A DNA stretch of 64,000 nucleotides from an uncultured Poribacteria bacterium (lineage in GTDB: Bacteria > Poribacteria > WGA-4E > WGA-3G), in NCBI GenBank assembly GCA_951813565.1, contig OX638351.1:1088001-1152000 (forward strand), written 5' to 3'. Both the position numbers and the translations under genes were made by a program. Of the stretch, positions 51,797 to 61,953 are shown piece by piece; within the stretch, counting starts at the first letter, position 1; every line of letters begins with the position of its first letter. Below the pieces are notes generated by a model. That model ran no database searches. It saw only the letters and a program-made list of their open reading frames with translations, and was not told the origin of the DNA.

Positions 51797-52306
51797 ATGT
51801 CAAAACAGAACTTCAACGAAAAACTGATCGCACTCCTCAAAACCAACCCAGACTTTACTGACGAATCAGACGAACTCCTCCCCGCCGCAGTCAAAGACCA
51901 TGCATGGAAACTTGACCATAACCTCATCAGATTATTGCTGTCCGACCCACAAATAAAATCTACCTTCTTTGACAAAATTGATGGACATTGGGTTTTCAAT
52001 CACAACACCTTTATTGACTATATCAGTGCCAAAAACTTCCTTGCCAATTCTTACACCCAATTCCGCAACAAAATCGGCTTGAACATCGCCGAAAATTTTT
52101 TCCTGAACTGGTATGTCAACGCAGAAACGCCCTATGAAGCAATAGAAGATTTCAAAGCCATTGATGACCTTGAAGCACAGAAACATCTATTGGTAGAACT
52201 GCTGGATAAAAATCAACTCTATGTCAACCTCTCCGAAATAGAGGATGCGGATTTTGCGGTGAGTGCGGAAGATAAGGCGTTGAATAAGATGTTTTATGGA
52301 GAATAA
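51797..52306 (+). pseudogene. type III R-M Mod subunit with the central methyltransferase domain deleted (N- and C-terminal ends fused)
   Basis: N-terminal ...KNFLANSYTQFRNKIGL joined at ~52090 to C-terminal ...LLDKNQLYVNLSEIEDADF.VS.EDK.LN..FY, both typical Mod termini. No DPPY or FxGSG motif. Confidence 0.75.
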
Positions 52307-52451
52307 AAAACCAGGGATATAGGATTGTGCAAACCGCAGCCCGACAATCACCAGGCATGGAGCCGTTTTCGTCCCTGACAATTGATAATATTACACCACA
52401 AAGATTGGTAAATATCAATAATGAATCATATCTTTTTTGGAGAATCGTATC

Positions 52452-52480
52452 TTGACATTTTGTTTCTTTTGTGATATACT
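52452..52480 (+). promoter_or_regulatory. sigma70 promoter for the XRE-ImmA/DUF4411 pair
   Basis: TTGACA-17-TATACT with TGn, in an AT-rich spacer. Confidence 0.65.
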
Positions 52481-52559
52481 TTAATTCACAACATGTATTA
52501 TGTGTTAATTTTATATTTACTATTGATTTATTATTATCAAGTTTTGCAGGGTGTATACC

Positions 52560-53732
52560 ATGGCTAAATCTGTCAAAGCACTCATCACACCAGAAGTCCT
52601 AAAGTGGGCGCGGGAAAGACGGATTAGATTAGACCTTGACTTTGCAGCAGATAAATTAAAAATAGATCCTGAACGTCTTGCTGCATGGGAAAACGGTAAC
52701 GATCAACCCACATTCGCGCAATTAAAGAAGATTGCCAAACTCTATAAAACGCATGTTTCTATTTTCTACTTGCCGAAACCACCTACCGATTTCAAACCGC
52801 TTACAGATTACCGGGTATTGCCAAAGTCTAAGGCACCAGATGAAGAACAGACGTATAGATTAAAGGCAAATATCGTTGAAGCTATTGATAGACGGCAAAC
52901 AATCATTGGTCTTTATGAAATGCTGGAGGAAGCTCCACCTAAAGTGTCTCTAAAAATTAATATTAACGAGGAATCTGGACATGCAGCGGAAAAAATTAGA
53001 CGATTTCTTGATTTCAATACACAAAAACTACCACGAACTAAAGATCGTTACAAAGTTTTGAAGTTTTGGAAAAGGACCGTTGAGGCGAAAGGCATTCTTG
53101 TCTGTCAAACTTCTGTAAACACACACCTTTCTGTTGAACTGCAAACAGCACGTGGGTTTTGCATAGCACAGAGACCTTTCCCTGTGATTGTTGTAAATCC
53201 TAAAGACAGTCCTTACGGTCGTATATTTACAATCATTCACGAATTAGTTCACATCGCTCTGGGGGTAAGTATCATTCAGAATATGAACTTTGAAGAAGTT
53301 AGTTTTCCGAATTTTGATTCTATTGAAGTCTTTTGCAATCAAGTAGCGGCAGAGGTATTAGTACCACAAAATGAATTGTTAAAAATGGTAAAGTTAAAGG
53401 TAAGTAATAAAATATTATCCGAAGCCTGTGCATATTTTCGTGTGAGTCCTGAAGTTATCATGCGGAGATTATTAACTCTCAACAAAATCTCTCAACGAGA
53501 ATATCAAACATTCAGAAATGATCAGCAGAAAAAGTATAAAGATAACATACAAGAACCTAAAGGATTTCCACATTACCATACCCGATTACTTAATACTTAC
53601 GGTGAGTTTTTTGCCCGTACCGCTTTCAAGGCATATTATGAGGATAAAATAACACTCTCGAAATTGGCCGCTGTTTTTTCTTATTGTGATACAAAACATC
53701 TTTCTAAAATTGAAAGTAGCATTTTTGCATGA
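52560..53732 (+). CDS. XRE-HTH + ImmA/IrrE (COG2856) zinc metallopeptidase
   Basis: ITPEVLKWARE, WENGNDQPTFAQLKKIA, ARGFCI, RIFTIIHELVHIALG (HExxH), IEVFCNQVAAEVLVP. Confidence 0.92.
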   Translation: MAKSVKALITPEVLKWARERRIRLDLDFAADKLKIDPERLAAWENGNDQPTFAQLKKIAKLYKTHVSIFYLPKPPTDFKPLTDYRVLPKSKAPDEEQTYRLKANIVEAIDRRQTIIGLYEMLEEAPPKVSLKININEESGHAAEKIRRFLDFNTQKLPRTKDRYKVLKFWKRTVEAKGILVCQTSVNTHLSVELQTARGFCIAQRPFPVIVVNPKDSPYGRIFTIIHELVHIALGVSIIQNMNFEEVSFPNFDSIEVFCNQVAAEVLVPQNELLKMVKLKVSNKILSEACAYFRVSPEVIMRRLLTLNKISQREYQTFRNDQQKKYKDNIQEPKGFPHYHTRLLNTYGEFFARTAFKAYYEDKITLSKLAAVFSYCDTKHLSKIESSIFA

Positions 53733-54226
53733 ATTCACTTTTTAACGAAAACCACATAATTTATAGTTTGGATACAAGTGCATTATTTGCAGCATATAAT
53801 GAACGATATCCAATCGCAAACTTTCCAGCATTGTGGTGTAAAATGGTAGAACTGATAAGAAAAGACAGGCTAAAAATGTCACAAGTTGTCTTTGATGAAG
53901 CGATGGAAGACTCAGGTATAAAACTATGGTGTAATCAGAACAACCTCAAACAATACTTTCAAGTACCAGTTGACGAATTCGTCCAGGAAAAGGTTAGTGA
54001 GATACTGACCGTATTCCCTAAACTGTTAGATGATAGAAGAGATAAATCAGGTGCTGATCCGTGGTGTATCGCGTTTGCACAAGTCACTGATAATTGTATT
54101 GTAGTAACGGAAGAAAACCCTACAGATAGTGTAAATAGACCGAAAATTCCCGATGTCTGCAAGCATTATAAGGTTGAGTGTATTAAAGTAGTGGACTTGA
54201 TAAAAAGAGAAGATTGGATTTTCTAA
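53729..54226 (+). CDS. DUF4411 family PIN-like protein (putative toxin)
   Basis: YSLDTSALF..Y..RYP...FPALW, ADPWCIAFA, VVTEE, KIPDVC; ATGA overlap with the ImmA gene. Confidence 0.9.
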   Translation: MNSLFNENHIIYSLDTSALFAAYNERYPIANFPALWCKMVELIRKDRLKMSQVVFDEAMEDSGIKLWCNQNNLKQYFQVPVDEFVQEKVSEILTVFPKLLDDRRDKSGADPWCIAFAQVTDNCIVVTEENPTDSVNRPKIPDVCKHYKVECIKVVDLIKREDWIF

Positions 54227-54253
54227 TTCCAATCTTCAGACAAAGGTATAGAA

Positions 54254-54876
54254 ATGCCTGCAAAATTTTTATACGATCTCATATTAGAGGAATTCGGAAA
54301 ACGCACAATACAAAACACCGAAATTCCAAAATACCTAACCGATAATCTTAATCCCACTTTTGAGCTCCGTGAATATCAGAAAGAAGCGTTTGCACGGTTC
54401 CTCCTCTGTTTTGAAAATAACTTCCCTGGTGAAGGTGCGCCGCTGCATTTTCTATTCAACATGGCAACCGGCAGCGGTAAGACGCTCATCATGGCAGGCT
54501 TAATCCTCTATCTTTATGAACAAGGCTACCGCAACTTCCTCTTTTTCGTCAACTCTACCAACATCATAGAAAAGACTAAGGACAACTTCCTCAACCCACG
54601 CGCCACAAAATACCTCTTTAGTGAAAACATCCATATTGACGGGAAAAAAGTCACAGTAACAGAGGTAGACAATTTTGACGGTGTCAGTGAAAACGACATC
54701 AATATCTGTTTTACAACGATTCAGCAGCTACACACGGATATGAATTCGGAAAAGGAATTGTGTTGTTAGCAGAAGATAGGAAATATCGTATCATCGGCGT
54801 ACCTTCGTTCTATAACGAGGCACAAGAAAATCAATTCAGGGATGACCTGAATAACGCATTGAATTCCTCTCTCTAA
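54254..54876 (+). pseudogene. type III R-M Res subunit with a large internal deletion and frameshift
   Basis: NLNP.FELREYQKEAF, FNMATGSGKT, GYRNFLFFVNSTNIIEKTKDNF, FTTIQQLH, ending before the DEAH motif. Out of frame it is followed by GIVLLAEDRKYRIIGVPSFYNEAQENQFRDDLNNAL*, which resembles a Res C-terminus. Confidence 0.75.
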
Positions 54877-55014
54877 CCACAACCGATTTTCTTTGACTTT
54901 TTTGGGAGAGTGCTATATAATTCCATTTATAGTAAAATCGAAAATACCTATACATTTTCTATAGAAGACAGCAATAACAACAATACGATAAGGACAAATA
55001 ACAGGAGAATTTTA

Positions 55015-57648
55015 ATGACACAACCGAAGTATGTTTACTTCTTTGGAACAGGAGAAGGAGAAGGGGATGCTACCATGCGACTCCTACTCGGTGGTAAAGG
55101 TGCAAATCTCGCTGAGATGACGAACCTCGGTGTTCCAGTACCCCCAGGCTTCACGATTTCCACTGAAGTATGCAAATTCTACTACGATAACGATAATAAG
55201 TACCCCAGCGGTCTTGACCAACAGATTACCGAGAACCTACAAAAGTTAGAAGATGCACTTGGCACAAAATTTGGAGATACCGAGGACCCGCTCCTTCTTT
55301 CTGTTCGTTCCGGTGCCGCAGTTTCAATGCCAGGTATGATGGATACCATTCTCAACCTCGGTTTAAATGATGATGCTGTTAAAGGGCTTATCGCAAAGTC
55401 GGAAAACGAACGTTTCGCTTACGATTCATATCGGCGCTTCGTCCAGATGTTCGGAAACGTTGTACTCAATGTCGATCACGATGAATTTGAGCATTTACTT
55501 GAAGAAAAGAAAAAGGCGAAAGGCGTTACATTAGATACCGAGTTAGAAGCCGACGATTTAGCTGCACTTGTCAATGAATTTAAGAACGCCGTCAAACAGC
55601 GCACAGGCAGCGATTTTCCTGATAACCCGCGTCTACAGTTAGATATGGCACGGGATGCCGTTTTTGAGTCTTCAGGCAACCCGCGCGCTATTACCTATCG
55701 CCGTCTCAACGATATTTCTGAAGAACTCGGGCGCACTGCTGTTAACGTTCAAGCAATGGTGTTCGGCAATATGGGCGGAACTTCTGGATCAGGAGTCGCC
55801 TTCACTCGCAACCCTTCGACCGGCGCGAACCAATTTTACGGTGAGTTCCTCATTAACGCGCAGGGGGAAGACGTTGTCGCTGGCATCCGTACGCCCCTTC
55901 CTGTTTCCGATTTGAGAAACATTTTGCCCGATGCATATAATGAGTTGGTTGACATAGGATTAAGACTTGAAAAGCACTACAGTGATATGCAGGACGTGGA
56001 GTTTACAATTCAGGATAGTAAACTCTATATGCTCCAAACTCGTAACGGAAAACGCACCGGTCAAGCTGCTGTCAGAATTGCCGTAGAGATGGTTGAAGAA
56101 GGCTTGATTGATAAACAAACTGCTTTGACGCGTGTTCCCGCCAATGACCTTGACCAGTTGCTGCATCCGAGTGTGGATCCGGACGCTTCTGTTGAGGTAA
56201 TAGCACAAGGTTTGCCTGCCTCCCCTGGTGCTGCTGTCGGTAAGGTTGTCTTCACGGCACTACGCGCTGAGGAACTCGCTGCCGAAGGTGAAAAAGTTAT
56301 TCTTGTCCGAACGGAAACATCACCAGAAGATATTGGCGGAATGGACGCTGCGGAAGGTATCCTCACTGCGCGTGGTGGTATGACCAGTCATGCTGCGGTT
56401 GTGGCACGCGGTATGGGAAAATGTTGTGTTGCGGGGTGTTCTAATCTGTTTATCAATGAAGAAGCACTTGAATTCATTGCCGGTGGAAAACGCTATGCTG
56501 AAGGCGATTTCATCACGCTCAACGGTTCTACAGGCGATGTACTTAGCGGACAAGTTTCGCTCATCCAGCCTGAACTTAGTGGACAATTCGGAACACTTAT
56601 GGAGTGGGCAGACGAAGTGCGCACATTGGACGTTCGTACCAATGCGGATACACCGGAAGATGCCAAAAATGCAAGAGGGTTCGGCGCTGAAGGCATCGGT
56701 CTCTGTCGGACTGAGCACATGTTCTTCGGGACAGGGATTGACGCTGTACGAGAGATGATCCTTGCAGATGAAACGTTAGAACGAAAACAGGCATTGGCGA
56801 AGCTGCTTTCGCACCAACGTACAGATTTCATCGGAATCTTTGAGGCGATGGCTGGCTATCCAGTGACTATCCGTACACTTGATCCACCTTTACATGAATT
56901 CTTGCCAAAGAACGAGTCTGAAATCCGTGATCTTGCAGAAAGAATTAACGTTGACGCTCAAAAACTCCGTGAGCGCGTCGAAGAATTACACGAATTCAAT
57001 CCAATGCTTGGACATCGCGGTTGTAGACTTGGCATCGTTTATCCAGAGATAACTGAGATGCAGGCACGTGCAATCTTTGAAGCCGCTGTGGATGTTACAA
57101 AGCGCGGTATCAAGGTTTTACCAGAAATTATGATTCCGCTCGTTGGACATATCAATGAATTCTCATTGCAGCGTAAAGTCGTTGTTGATATAGCAGAGGA
57201 AGTGTTTAAAGAGACCGGTTCTCGTGTTGAATATCTTGTTGGCACGATGATTGAGTTACCCCGCGCAGCACTTACTGCCGACAAAATCGCTGCAGAAGCC
57301 GAATTTTTCTCCTATGGGACAAATGACCTCACACAAACAACGTTTGGCATGAGTCGTGATGATGCCGTGAAATTCCTTGACGACTATGTTAAAAACGGCG
57401 TTCTTGAATACGACCCGTTCCAGGTCCTTGACCAAGAGGGTGTCGGCAGTTTATTGCAAATTGGTTGTGAAAAAGGTCGTGCTGCTCGTCCAGAATTAAA
57501 AGTTGGTATCTGTGGTGAGCACGGCGGTGAACCGAATTCCGTGAAGTTCTGCTATGGATTAGGGTTTGATTACGTTTCTTGCTCTCCGTTCCGTGTGCCG
57601 ATTGCCCGTCTTGCTGCTGCGCAGGCTGTCATTGAAGACGAAGCATAA
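55015..57648 (+). CDS. ppdK: pyruvate, phosphate dikinase
   Basis: LLGGKGANLAEM, SVRSGA, NAQGEDVVAG, GGMTSHAAVVARG, GLCRTEHMF, GICGEHGG, CSPFRVPIARLAAA; AGGAG before ATG 55015. Confidence 0.97.
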   Translation: MTQPKYVYFFGTGEGEGDATMRLLLGGKGANLAEMTNLGVPVPPGFTISTEVCKFYYDNDNKYPSGLDQQITENLQKLEDALGTKFGDTEDPLLLSVRSGAAVSMPGMMDTILNLGLNDDAVKGLIAKSENERFAYDSYRRFVQMFGNVVLNVDHDEFEHLLEEKKKAKGVTLDTELEADDLAALVNEFKNAVKQRTGSDFPDNPRLQLDMARDAVFESSGNPRAITYRRLNDISEELGRTAVNVQAMVFGNMGGTSGSGVAFTRNPSTGANQFYGEFLINAQGEDVVAGIRTPLPVSDLRNILPDAYNELVDIGLRLEKHYSDMQDVEFTIQDSKLYMLQTRNGKRTGQAAVRIAVEMVEEGLIDKQTALTRVPANDLDQLLHPSVDPDASVEVIAQGLPASPGAAVGKVVFTALRAEELAAEGEKVILVRTETSPEDIGGMDAAEGILTARGGMTSHAAVVARGMGKCCVAGCSNLFINEEALEFIAGGKRYAEGDFITLNGSTGDVLSGQVSLIQPELSGQFGTLMEWADEVRTLDVRTNADTPEDAKNARGFGAEGIGLCRTEHMFFGTGIDAVREMILADETLERKQALAKLLSHQRTDFIGIFEAMAGYPVTIRTLDPPLHEFLPKNESEIRDLAERINVDAQKLRERVEELHEFNPMLGHRGCRLGIVYPEITEMQARAIFEAAVDVTKRGIKVLPEIMIPLVGHINEFSLQRKVVVDIAEEVFKETGSRVEYLVGTMIELPRAALTADKIAAEAEFFSYGTNDLTQTTFGMSRDDAVKFLDDYVKNGVLEYDPFQVLDQEGVGSLLQIGCEKGRAARPELKVGICGEHGGEPNSVKFCYGLGFDYVSCSPFRVPIARLAAAQAVIEDEA

Positions 57649-57675
57649 GGTCAAATAAGGTGTTTTGTGATAATT

Positions 57676-57715
57676 TAGGCGTGTGTGCTTTGTAAGTGCA
57701 CACGCCTATATTATT
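57676..57715 (+). terminator. hairpin terminator after ppdK
   Basis: taggcgtgtgtgc...gtgcacacgccta, then an AT-rich tail. Confidence 0.6.
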
Positions 57716-57822
57716 AATGCAACCCAAGAATGTAAAAAGCAGTTGAATTCCATAAACATATTGTGGTAAATTGTCAATAGAATGTAGCAATCACATGATA
57801 ACCCATCATAGGAGGAGAAACA

Positions 57823-58389
57823 ATGGATGCACAAGAAGTTCATCAAATCATACCCGATAGTCTTCCTGCTGAGCTTCCCAAGATGACTTTGGAGGAATTC
57901 CTTGAAAGCGATTTAGAGGGGTATGAATACGTTAAAGGGGAATTAATCCCTATGCCACCAACGTCAGTAGAACACGGCTACATTAGTGTGAACCTAAGTT
58001 CTCTGTTACACTTGTATGTTCGTGAAAATCAACTGGGGCGTGTTCTCTCGGAGACAGGATTCCGCGTTGGAGAACGCGTTTTGATATCAGATATCGCCTT
58101 TATTTCAACAGATCGGATCCCAATTGATCCGAGTAAAGCATCTCCAGTACCACCAGACCTTGCTGTTGAAGTTATTTCTCCTACAGATTCATCCCACCGA
58201 GTTGAAGAAAAGGCGTTTATTTATCTTGAGGCGGGCACACAGTTGGTATGGGTACTCAAACCCCGATCCAACACGGTAACTGTCTATCGTTCTGAAACGG
58301 ACATCACAGTCCTTACACGTAACGACACGCTCAGCGGTGAGGAAGTTGTCAAAGGATTTTCTTGTCAGGTGGCAGAACTTTTTGAATAG
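57823..58389 (+). CDS. Uma2 family (DUF820) endonuclease-like protein
   Basis: MTLEEFL, YEYVKGELIPM, PPDLAVEVISP, YLEAGTQLVWV. Confidence 0.92.
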   Translation: MDAQEVHQIIPDSLPAELPKMTLEEFLESDLEGYEYVKGELIPMPPTSVEHGYISVNLSSLLHLYVRENQLGRVLSETGFRVGERVLISDIAFISTDRIPIDPSKASPVPPDLAVEVISPTDSSHRVEEKAFIYLEAGTQLVWVLKPRSNTVTVYRSETDITVLTRNDTLSGEEVVKGFSCQVAELFE

Positions 58390-58422
58390 AGTCTCATTAA
58401 ATTTCTTGGAAAGGATAACACA

Positions 58423-58866
58423 ATGTTAATCGCAGATGTAAATGAAATGGAAGGGCGCACATATCCTGCACGTAGATTAACCAGAAATCTTGTTGGGGGC
58501 GCATCCCCTATTCAGATAGACGAATTCTGTATGGGGTTCGTCGTTTTGGAACCTAACGGTGGACAGGTGCCGTGGCACAATCACGAACAGGAAGAGATCT
58601 ACTTTATCGTTGAAGGTGAAGGTGAGATGTGTCTCGGTGAGGAGCGGCAAACGATCTCCACAGGACAAACCGTTTTTATTCCATCATGGGTTTTCCATCA
58701 GTTGACGAATACCAGTGACACACCGATGAAGATGGTCTATTGCTATGGTCCAGCAGGAGATGTTGACCATTGGAAACAAGAACTTGCTGGCACACTTCCG
58801 AAAGCCGGTATAGATGTTCCATCACTCCCTGAAGGTGCAGCACCGCAATGCACTGACAAACCTTGA
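58423..58866 (+). CDS. cupin domain protein
   Basis: GGQVPWHNHEQEEIYFIVEGEG, FIPSWVFHQLTN. Confidence 0.9.
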   Translation: MLIADVNEMEGRTYPARRLTRNLVGGASPIQIDEFCMGFVVLEPNGGQVPWHNHEQEEIYFIVEGEGEMCLGEERQTISTGQTVFIPSWVFHQLTNTSDTPMKMVYCYGPAGDVDHWKQELAGTLPKAGIDVPSLPEGAAPQCTDKP

Positions 58867-58941
58867 GAATGGCTGTCAGCCGTCGGTTATCAGTTTTCAG
58901 TTTTACTGATAGCCAATATACTGACAACCAAAGGATAATAT

Positions 58942-60114
58942 ATGACCAATCATACCCAAAAAACACATCGTGTCGGGATAATCATGAACGGTGTCACAGG
59001 TAGGATGGGAACAAACCAACATCTCATCCGCTCGCTCTTAGCAATTGTTGAAAATGGCGGTATCCCAATCGGAGACGGCGAAGTGATTATGCCTGACCCA
59101 TATCTCGTCGGTAGAAATCCCACAAAATTAGAGAAATTGTCTGAGTCTACTGGTGTTGAAAAGTGGACTACAGACCTTGACACTGCACTCGCTGATGACG
59201 CTTATACCGTCTATTTTGACGCGCAGGTAACGTCACGCCGCGTTGATGCGGTCCAAACAGCAATCTCAGCAGGAAAACACATCTACTGTGAAAAACCAAC
59301 TGCTACCTCCACAGATGATGCCTATCGCCTCTATGAACAGGCAGCAAAGGCAGGACTTAAAAACGGTGTCGTTCAAGATAAACTCTGGCTACCCGGCATT
59401 CAGAAACTAAAAAGATTGATAGACGCTAACTTTTTCGGTAAAATCATTGCAGTGCGGGGTGAATTCGGCTATTGGGTTTTTCAAGGCGATGCTATTCCTA
59501 CCCAACGTCCCTCCTGGAACTACCGCGCCGAAGATGGCGGCGGTATAATCCTTGACATGTTTAGTCATTGGCGATATGTTTTAGATAACCTTTTCGGGGC
59601 AGTCAAGGGAGTATCTTGTATTGCAACAACGCATCTTCTACAACGATGGGATGAGGAGAACAAACCGTATCAATGTACCGCAGAAGATGCTGCGTATGCT
59701 ACCTTTGAATTAGAAGAAGGAATTGTTGCTCACTTTAACTCATCGTGGGCAGTACGTGTCAGACGCGATGATCTTCTAACAATACAAGTTGATGGATTGA
59801 ACGGTTCTGCTGTTGCAGGTCTGAGAGATTGTTGGATTCAGCCTCTCTCTGGTACCCCGCGCCCTGTTTGGAATCCTGACATTGAACAACCGATCAAATT
59901 TTTCGATGGATGGCTCAAAGTTCCAGAACAAGAGACCTACGAGAACGCTTTTAGAGCACAGTGGGAGTTGTTTCTCCGACATGTTATTAACGATGAACCG
60001 TTCCCTTGGACACTGCTTGAAGGCGCAAAGGGTGTGCAGTTAGCAGAAAAGGGAATGGAATCTTGGAAAACCCGAAAATGGATTGAATTACCAGAGTTAT
60101 CACCAATTTCGTGA
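58942..60114 (+). CDS. Gfo/Idh/MocA family oxidoreductase
   Basis: GIIMNGVTGRMG, HIYCEKP, QDKLWLPG, QRPSWNYR..DGGGIILDM. Confidence 0.92.
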   Translation: MTNHTQKTHRVGIIMNGVTGRMGTNQHLIRSLLAIVENGGIPIGDGEVIMPDPYLVGRNPTKLEKLSESTGVEKWTTDLDTALADDAYTVYFDAQVTSRRVDAVQTAISAGKHIYCEKPTATSTDDAYRLYEQAAKAGLKNGVVQDKLWLPGIQKLKRLIDANFFGKIIAVRGEFGYWVFQGDAIPTQRPSWNYRAEDGGGIILDMFSHWRYVLDNLFGAVKGVSCIATTHLLQRWDEENKPYQCTAEDAAYATFELEEGIVAHFNSSWAVRVRRDDLLTIQVDGLNGSAVAGLRDCWIQPLSGTPRPVWNPDIEQPIKFFDGWLKVPEQETYENAFRAQWELFLRHVINDEPFPWTLLEGAKGVQLAEKGMESWKTRKWIELPELSPIS

Positions 60115-60143
60115 TTTCACCTTGTATCTAAGGATATTGAAAG

Positions 60144-61601
60144 ATGGCACAACAAAACATAATCCTCCAAAAAATTGACGAATACCGCTGGCGCATTCCC
60201 AAGAGTTACATGAAAGGAATGCATGTAGACGGAATTGTTTATGCTAATGAAAAACTCTTAAACCAAGCCAAAAGTGATGAGGCTTTACAGCAGGTTGCAA
60301 ATGTTGCACATCTCCCCGGCATTGTTAAACACTCTCTTGCAATGCCCGATTTGCATTGGGGTTACGGGTTTGTTATTGGTGGTGTCGCTGCTACGGATCC
60401 GCAAGCAGATGGTGTTGTTTCTCCCGGTGGTATTGGATACGACATCAATTGTGGAGTCCGCCTCGTACGGACAAATCTTGACATCTCGCAGCTTGAGGGA
60501 AAGACAAAATCGCTTGTCGGCAAGTTGTTTGAAAACGTGCCGTGCGGTGTTGGGTCTAAAGGTAAAATTCGACTCACGGTGCAAGAAGAGCGGCAGATGT
60601 TAGAAAAAGGTGCAAGTTGGGCAATCGAGCGTGAATATGGACACCCGCAGGATCTCCAATTCACTGAAGCGACAGGCTATCTTGAACACGCCAACGCTGA
60701 TGCTGCCAGTCAACGTGCCTTAGAACGTGGGAAGAATCAACTTGGCACGCTCGGTTCGGGAAACCACTTTCTTGAGGTGCAAGCGGTTGATCGTATCTTT
60801 TACCGGGAAGCTGCTGATGCTATGGGGCTGCGTGAGGGCAATATATGCGTTATGATTCATACGGGTTCACGCGGTTTTGGTTATCAGATTTGTGATGAGC
60901 ATGTTAAAAGTTGGGTACAGGTGGCTGAGAGATATGGAATAAACTTACCTGATAGACAACTTGCTTCTGCGCCGCTAAACTCACCAGAAGGCAAAGATTA
61001 CATCACCGCAATGGCATGTAGTGCGAATTATGCGTGGAACAATCGGCAATGTATCATGCATCTCGTCCGCCAGACCTTTATGAAGTTTTTTGACACAACT
61101 GAGGACGAACTCGGATTAGAACTTGTTTATGACGTTGCACATAACATAGGTAAGTTTGAAAAACATAAAGTTGATGGTAAGGAACGCGAACTTTTCATTC
61201 ACCGCAAAGGGGCAACCCGTGCATTCCCAGCTGGACATCCAGAAATTCCACAAAAATACCAGAAAGTTGGACAACCTGTGTTGATACCTGGCGATATGGG
61301 GACTGCCTCTTATGTACTTGTTGGCAATCCGGGTGCAATGGCAGAGACATGGGGCACAACTTGTCATGGTGCGGGGAGAGTTCTGTCACGGCGGAAGGCG
61401 ATTGACTTGACAAAAGGTAGGTCTATCCAAGCGGACCTTGAAGCACGAGGCATTTTCGTTCGTGCTGAAGGTAAACGCACACTTCAGGAGGAGGTTTCGG
61501 AGGCATATAAAGATGTTGATGAAGTTGTCCGTGTTGTGGATGAAGCGGGACTTTCACGCCGTGTCGCGCGCCTCCGACCAATTGGAGTTGTGAAAGGCTA
61601 A
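60144..61601 (+). CDS. rtcB: RNA-splicing/repair ligase RtcB
   Basis: MPDLHWGYGF.IGGV, GYDINCG, GTLGSGNHFLE, HTGSRG, YDVAHN, HRKGAT, PGDMG, HGAGR, AYKDV. Confidence 0.96.
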   Translation: MAQQNIILQKIDEYRWRIPKSYMKGMHVDGIVYANEKLLNQAKSDEALQQVANVAHLPGIVKHSLAMPDLHWGYGFVIGGVAATDPQADGVVSPGGIGYDINCGVRLVRTNLDISQLEGKTKSLVGKLFENVPCGVGSKGKIRLTVQEERQMLEKGASWAIEREYGHPQDLQFTEATGYLEHANADAASQRALERGKNQLGTLGSGNHFLEVQAVDRIFYREAADAMGLREGNICVMIHTGSRGFGYQICDEHVKSWVQVAERYGINLPDRQLASAPLNSPEGKDYITAMACSANYAWNNRQCIMHLVRQTFMKFFDTTEDELGLELVYDVAHNIGKFEKHKVDGKERELFIHRKGATRAFPAGHPEIPQKYQKVGQPVLIPGDMGTASYVLVGNPGAMAETWGTTCHGAGRVLSRRKAIDLTKGRSIQADLEARGIFVRAEGKRTLQEEVSEAYKDVDEVVRVVDEAGLSRRVARLRPIGVVKG

Positions 61602-61681
61602 TTTCTACACATTCATCTGCTCCATCCATGATTGCCAAAAATTCTGAAGAGTGAGAGCGACTTCCTGTCAATACATCATTC

Positions 61682-61733
61682 CAACAATGTCTATTTTTTA
61701 ATCATCAGATTGTCCAAAAAATAGGCATTGTTG
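61682..61733. promoter_or_regulatory. 18-bp inverted repeat upstream of the sigma54 promoter (enhancer/UAS candidate)
   Basis: caacaatgtctatttttt (61682-61699) and aaaaaataggcattgttg (61716-61733), one mismatch. Confidence 0.45.
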
Positions 61734-61765
61734 CCAAACAAACAGCCAAATATAACCCTTTTCCG

Positions 61766-61782
61766 TTGGCATAGAAATTGCT
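61766..61782 (+). promoter_or_regulatory. sigma54 (-24/-12) promoter
   Basis: TTGGCAT-AGAAA-TTGCT with exact GG-N10-GC spacing (61768-69 / 61780-81). Confidence 0.75.
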
Positions 61783-61791
61783 TAACTATTA

Positions 61792-61921
61792 GGTATGCCT
61801 CCTTAGGTGAGTCGGAACTGCAATCTCTGAAAAGCGCAACCGGTAGCCGATATTGCATGCGTTAGGTTAGGATCCCTGACATTTCTCAACCGTTTTGAGA
61901 CGTAGTTTCCGACTCTTTTTA
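61792..61921 (+). ncRNA. candidate sigma54-dependent structured small RNA
   Basis: Starts about 12 nt after the -12 box, with a 5' CCUCCUU. Closing stem GAGUCGGAA/UUCCGACUC is extended by CUGC/GUAG, UCUC/GAGA and AAAA/UUUU, with two inner hairpins, and ends in a U-run. No plausible coding ORF. Confidence 0.6.
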
Positions 61922-61953
61922 TATTTTGTTAAGTAATTCTAAAAGCATTAACA

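Noticed and set aside
61792..61921. Bona fide tRNA, SRP RNA or 6S RNA
   Set aside because: No canonical TTCRA loop, anticodon arm or CCA; no SRP GGAA/AGCAG motif; shorter than a typical 6S RNA. Kept only as an unclassified sRNA candidate.
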